DNA of 64,000 nt from Candidatus Bathyarchaeota archaeon (GTDB lineage: Archaea; Thermoproteota; Bathyarchaeia; Bathyarchaeales; Bathycorpusculaceae), in the NCBI GenBank assembly GCA_963702095.1, contig OY969706.1, positions 2,873,367 to 2,937,366 on the forward strand. The letters run 5' to 3'. Position numbers and translations under genes: made by a program. The notes beneath the pieces are model-generated. The model ran no database searches. It saw only the letters and a list, made by a program, of their open reading frames with translations, and had not been told where the DNA came from. Shown in pieces: positions 60,499-64,000 of the stretch; positions within the stretch are counted from its first letter, which is position 1; every line of letters begins with the position of its first letter.

Positions 60499-62444
60499 CT
60501 CAAGAAAAGCCTCCGACTGAGTCGGCAAACAACATAATCTTAGATCCATTCAAAACAGTTTACGATGTTACTCCTCAAACACCTGTTGATGACATTCCCC
60601 AAGAGTATTGGAAGGGATGCAAACAGCAGCTACGGGATGAGCGAGAAGAGGCAGAGCGGCTAAAAGCGGCTGTTGAAGCCTTCAGCGTTAATCCAGACAA
60701 TGAAGAACTATTACTAGAGCAAGCACATACAACGATTAGCCGCTTTGACGATCACATCATAAGAGCTGTGTTCCACACAGGGTTATCAGCGTATTATAAG
60801 CCGCTTAATTTGGGGTTGAAAGCTGAATCCGGCAGCGGCAAAACCTACAGTACCGTCGAAACAATAAAGTTTCTGCCAGATGAGGATGTGCAGTTTATCG
60901 GCAGCCAATCACCCAAAGTTATAAGTCACAAAAATGGAATACGGAAATCCAAGGGCGGCAAAATTTTAGAAAAGGAGAACGAGCCTAAGAAGCCCAAGAA
61001 AAGCGATTATCAGGATCCAGTTTATGGTGAGGGAGACGCTGAGCGTAAACAGTATGACGAGGACTTGAAGCTCTACAAACAGCAGAAAGCACAATGGGAT
61101 GCAGACTGTAAAGAAAGTTTTTATGAAGTGGACCTTAGAAACAAAACTGTGCTGTTTTTGGAATCAATCAACCCTGAAACCTTCAGGATGATTAAATCCA
61201 CCATGAGCCATGACCATGATTACATTGACCACGAATGGGTTGATGATAAAGGAAAAGTCCATGTGACTCGGCTAATAGGCGCTCCAGCAATAATTTTTTG
61301 CACTGTCGATAACGGCGAATACATTGATGAGCAAGCTACCCGCACCTTAACAGCTACTCCCAGCACCCGAGCGGAGAAAATCGAAGATTCTATGAGGATA
61401 AGCAACAGGAAGAGCGCCTACCCATGGCTGTACAATCAGGAGCCATTCCACCGGCGAGTTATCAAGGAATATGTTCGAAGTATCAAGCGGTTTATGGCGA
61501 TTGGTAAAATCCAAGTAGCTACACCCTTTGATGAAGACATTATTGAGGGATTCAGTAAAGACGCAGTCAGAGACATGCGGGATTTCAACAAATTCCTTGA
61601 ACTTCTGCCCAGCTACGCCATTTTTAAGCTGTTTAAGCGGCCCATAGTAATGATTCAGGGGAAACGCTACCTTATCCCCACTATCCAAGACGCCATAAAT
61701 GCAAAAGTAGCCTTTGACAGCATTATAGAAACCACGAAAACAAGCACAGACTACAGAATAATAGAGTTCTACAATACCACAGTTATCGGCACTAGCGGAT
61801 TGACAGCGGAGGATCTAACTGATATTTACAATAAGGGTAAGAAGCGCCAAATAACTGTTAAGACTATACGAAAATGGCTCAGGCGATTGGAGGCACTGGA
61901 CTATGTGGACATACGCGGGGCTAAACACGAAAACGCTAAGGGCTACATCGACGACCGATTTAATGCCTATTACCCACTGAAGAAAAATGCGCCCATTGAG
62001 TCCTTTTCAGATAAGAGCGCAGATTTCGAGTCTATTCTGAAAAAAGCTTTTGAAAAATGGTTAAAAAATACGCCCTTTCAAACCGATGTTCCCCCGATAA
62101 TTTTGAAAATTGATGGAACTGCAAGGGAAATAACTCAAGAAGAAATGAAGAAAATTATTTTAGGAGAATCTCTTTTCGAGGGCGCATTTTCTACGCTTAA
62201 ACAAACCCTAAAAGAAGAAAGCTCCCCAGCTTATACGTTCTTTTCAGAAGAGAGCGCAAAGAGCACATTTTCACGTTATGCTGAATATAGTCGTATTTCC
62301 AGAAAACCCGGCGTACTTTGTTCAGCCATAAAGCAGGGCTGTGAGTGCGGGTTTGAGGCTGAATGGAGCATTAACGGTAACTTATACTGTGACAGCTGCT
62401 TCAGAGAACAGGCAAGTTTCTCCAGGATAATGATACAGGATTAA
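60495..62444 (+). CDS. AAA+/P-loop ATPase (putative replicative helicase) with wHTH and C-terminal Zn finger
   Basis: AESGSGKT Walker A, VLFLE Walker B, RDMRD sensor-like, TIRKWLRRLE HTH, CEC...CDSC. Confidence 0.75.
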   Translation: MTQEKPPTESANNIILDPFKTVYDVTPQTPVDDIPQEYWKGCKQQLRDEREEAERLKAAVEAFSVNPDNEELLLEQAHTTISRFDDHIIRAVFHTGLSAYYKPLNLGLKAESGSGKTYSTVETIKFLPDEDVQFIGSQSPKVISHKNGIRKSKGGKILEKENEPKKPKKSDYQDPVYGEGDAERKQYDEDLKLYKQQKAQWDADCKESFYEVDLRNKTVLFLESINPETFRMIKSTMSHDHDYIDHEWVDDKGKVHVTRLIGAPAIIFCTVDNGEYIDEQATRTLTATPSTRAEKIEDSMRISNRKSAYPWLYNQEPFHRRVIKEYVRSIKRFMAIGKIQVATPFDEDIIEGFSKDAVRDMRDFNKFLELLPSYAIFKLFKRPIVMIQGKRYLIPTIQDAINAKVAFDSIIETTKTSTDYRIIEFYNTTVIGTSGLTAEDLTDIYNKGKKRQITVKTIRKWLRRLEALDYVDIRGAKHENAKGYIDDRFNAYYPLKKNAPIESFSDKSADFESILKKAFEKWLKNTPFQTDVPPIILKIDGTAREITQEEMKKIILGESLFEGAFSTLKQTLKEESSPAYTFFSEESAKSTFSRYAEYSRISRKPGVLCSAIKQGCECGFEAEWSINGNLYCDSCFREQASFSRIMIQD

Positions 62445-62464
62445 AGCCCAAGGAGGAATCCTAA

Positions 62465-62674
62465 ATGTTGAAGGCTCTTGTTATTTCTCCTAACGAAAAA
62501 ACGGTTGATGTGGGTTGTTTGTTGGCTGTTGCTCGTGCGCAGGCTTGCCGTAGGGAGCATACGTCGGTGAATCCGGTGGTGAGGGCTTTGGTGTTTGTGG
62601 CTGAGGTCGGGGTGTATGTGGCGGTTTACGAAGCCCCGGAAAAGAGTGTTGATGAGCAGAAGAGCAGTGGGTGA
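62465..62674 (+). CDS. Small hypothetical protein
   Basis: SD GGAGG upstream; 69 aa between helicase and integrase. Confidence 0.5.
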   Translation: MLKALVISPNEKTVDVGCLLAVARAQACRREHTSVNPVVRALVFVAEVGVYVAVYEAPEKSVDEQKSSG

Positions 62675-62681
62675 TGTGTAG

Positions 62682-63983
62682 TTGGTTGGGGGAAAGGTTG
62701 GCTTGCATGGTTTTGATTCGGGCGTTCTTGGCAGAACGCAAGAGTCATATGAAAAGTCGGTTGATAGCCGCTTGCACCAACCCCCTACACAACCAACCAA
62801 TGAATGCCCCCAATGCTATTCGCAAAGACTCTACAAAGGCGGATTTAGGTACCTATTTGATGGCACACCGGTCCAAAGATGGCTTTGCCGCGACTGCAAC
62901 TACCGCTTCAGCCCACCAGACAAGAGAAGAAAACCCCTCAGAACTTCAACCTACCCCATAAATACAACATCAGTCCTAAGAGTTAATCGCCAAGAACGCA
63001 GTGAATCCCATCGGGGACGAGCATCGACCCTCCTGGCAGGAGGATTAACCTTGGTCACAAGTCAAACCCAACAAAACGCCCAGCGGGAGGGCACAACGCA
63101 GACAGCCGACAAAACAGCAAAAATCGTCGAGTTCCTCTGGAACCTCAGCCAAAACGGAGTCAAAGGCAACACACTCGGCAGTTACAGCGCAGTCCTACGA
63201 AAACTCGCAAAAAACACAGACCTAACACCTGAAAGCGTCAAGACATACTTAGCTAAAACCCAAGAGTGGAACGAAGCCACAAAACAAATGGTCGTCATAG
63301 TCTACGGCAGCTACCTAAAATTCAACGACCTATCATGGCAACCGCCAAAATACAAACCAGTCGATAATGCACCCTACATACCGACAGAAGCTGAGATTGA
63401 TGCATTAATCTCGGGAAGCGGCAGAGTACTCGCAACATTTCTGCTATTCCTTAAAGAGACCGGTGCAAGAAGCGGCGAAGCAGCAAGACTAAGATGGAGA
63501 GACGTAGACTCGGAAAGGAAAATAGCAACGATTACCCCTGAGAAAGGAAGCAGAGCACGCATCTTACCCATAAGCCAAAAGCTCATCGACATGCTAAACT
63601 GCCAACCCAAGAAAACAGAGAAAATCTTTGCAACTGCCTACAGCCTAAAATCCAACTATTACAAAACAAGAAAAAGCATCGCATTCAAACTACAAAACCC
63701 ACGCCTCAAAGAAATAGGCTTGCATACCTTCAGACACTGGAAAGCAACCATGGAATACCACAAAACAAGAGACATACTCCACGTCCAGCAACTACTCGGA
63801 CACCGAGACCTAAGAAATACGCTAATCTACATCAACCTCGAAAAAGCAATATTTCAAAACGCAGACGAAGAATATCACGTTAAAGTTGCAGAAACCTTAG
63901 ATGAGGCTTGCAAACTGCTAGAAGTAGGCTTTGAATACGTTACTGATCTAAACGGCGCTAAGCTATTCAGGAAAAGAAAGTAG
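62682..63983 (+). CDS. Tyrosine recombinase/integrase with N-terminal Zn ribbon (start uncertain)
   Basis: TGARSGE (R), EKG (K), HTFRH, LGH, LIY catalytic set; CPQC...CRDC. Confidence 0.93.
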   Translation: MVGGKVGLHGFDSGVLGRTQESYEKSVDSRLHQPPTQPTNECPQCYSQRLYKGGFRYLFDGTPVQRWLCRDCNYRFSPPDKRRKPLRTSTYPINTTSVLRVNRQERSESHRGRASTLLAGGLTLVTSQTQQNAQREGTTQTADKTAKIVEFLWNLSQNGVKGNTLGSYSAVLRKLAKNTDLTPESVKTYLAKTQEWNEATKQMVVIVYGSYLKFNDLSWQPPKYKPVDNAPYIPTEAEIDALISGSGRVLATFLLFLKETGARSGEAARLRWRDVDSERKIATITPEKGSRARILPISQKLIDMLNCQPKKTEKIFATAYSLKSNYYKTRKSIAFKLQNPRLKEIGLHTFRHWKATMEYHKTRDILHVQQLLGHRDLRNTLIYINLEKAIFQNADEEYHVKVAETLDEACKLLEVGFEYVTDLNGAKLFRKRK

Positions 63984-64000
63984 TCTGATATACTCTAAAT

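Larger units (their letters stand above)
42850..64000. mobile_element. Integrated, decayed provirus-like element (boundaries approximate; att sites not seen)
   Basis: Tyrosine integrase, helicase-like ATPase, divergent wHTH, ParB/ATPase/GNAT module, tail-like remnants, defence cargo. Confidence 0.75.

Noticed and set aside
1-64000. Most short antisense or nested ORFs in the six-frame track; CRISPR arrays, rRNA, reverse transcriptase/DGR
   Set aside because: The short ORFs are shadows of well-supported genes; no regular repeat-spacer array, rRNA-like sequence or RT motifs were seen.

Overview
Archaeal chromosomal window, most consistent with Bathyarchaeia/TACK (class I LysRS, eS1, archease, CofD, TFB, PolB2, many C-terminally anchored surface proteins); the taxon is inferred from gene content, not a search. 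About 1-29 kb is housekeeping and membrane genes (adk, archease, M42 peptidase, serS, rps3ae, cofD, tRNA-Arg(GCG), lysS, vapBC, SPFH/Zn-ribbon operon). About 29.4-42.8 kb holds three paralogous large PQQ-like beta-propeller surface proteins with TrmB, tandem Lrp and MFS genes. Each paralogue is followed by the same ~105-nt structured non-coding element, whose inner arm is complementary to the SD/AUG region of surface-protein genes (best candidate for an undescribed system). From about 42.9 kb to the window end is a decayed provirus-like integrated element: ParB/ATPase/GNAT module with a candidate -1 frameshift signal, dnaJ, RHH, extra TFB, PolB2, tail-gene remnants, a Vsr-Dcm-MORC/histidine kinase-REC/HEPN defence locus, a TFB-like protein, a helicase-like ATPase and a tyrosine integrase. 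At least 7 genes carry single-base frameshifts, so sequencing indels are likely and all recoding claims are provisional. All calls are from reading motifs by eye.
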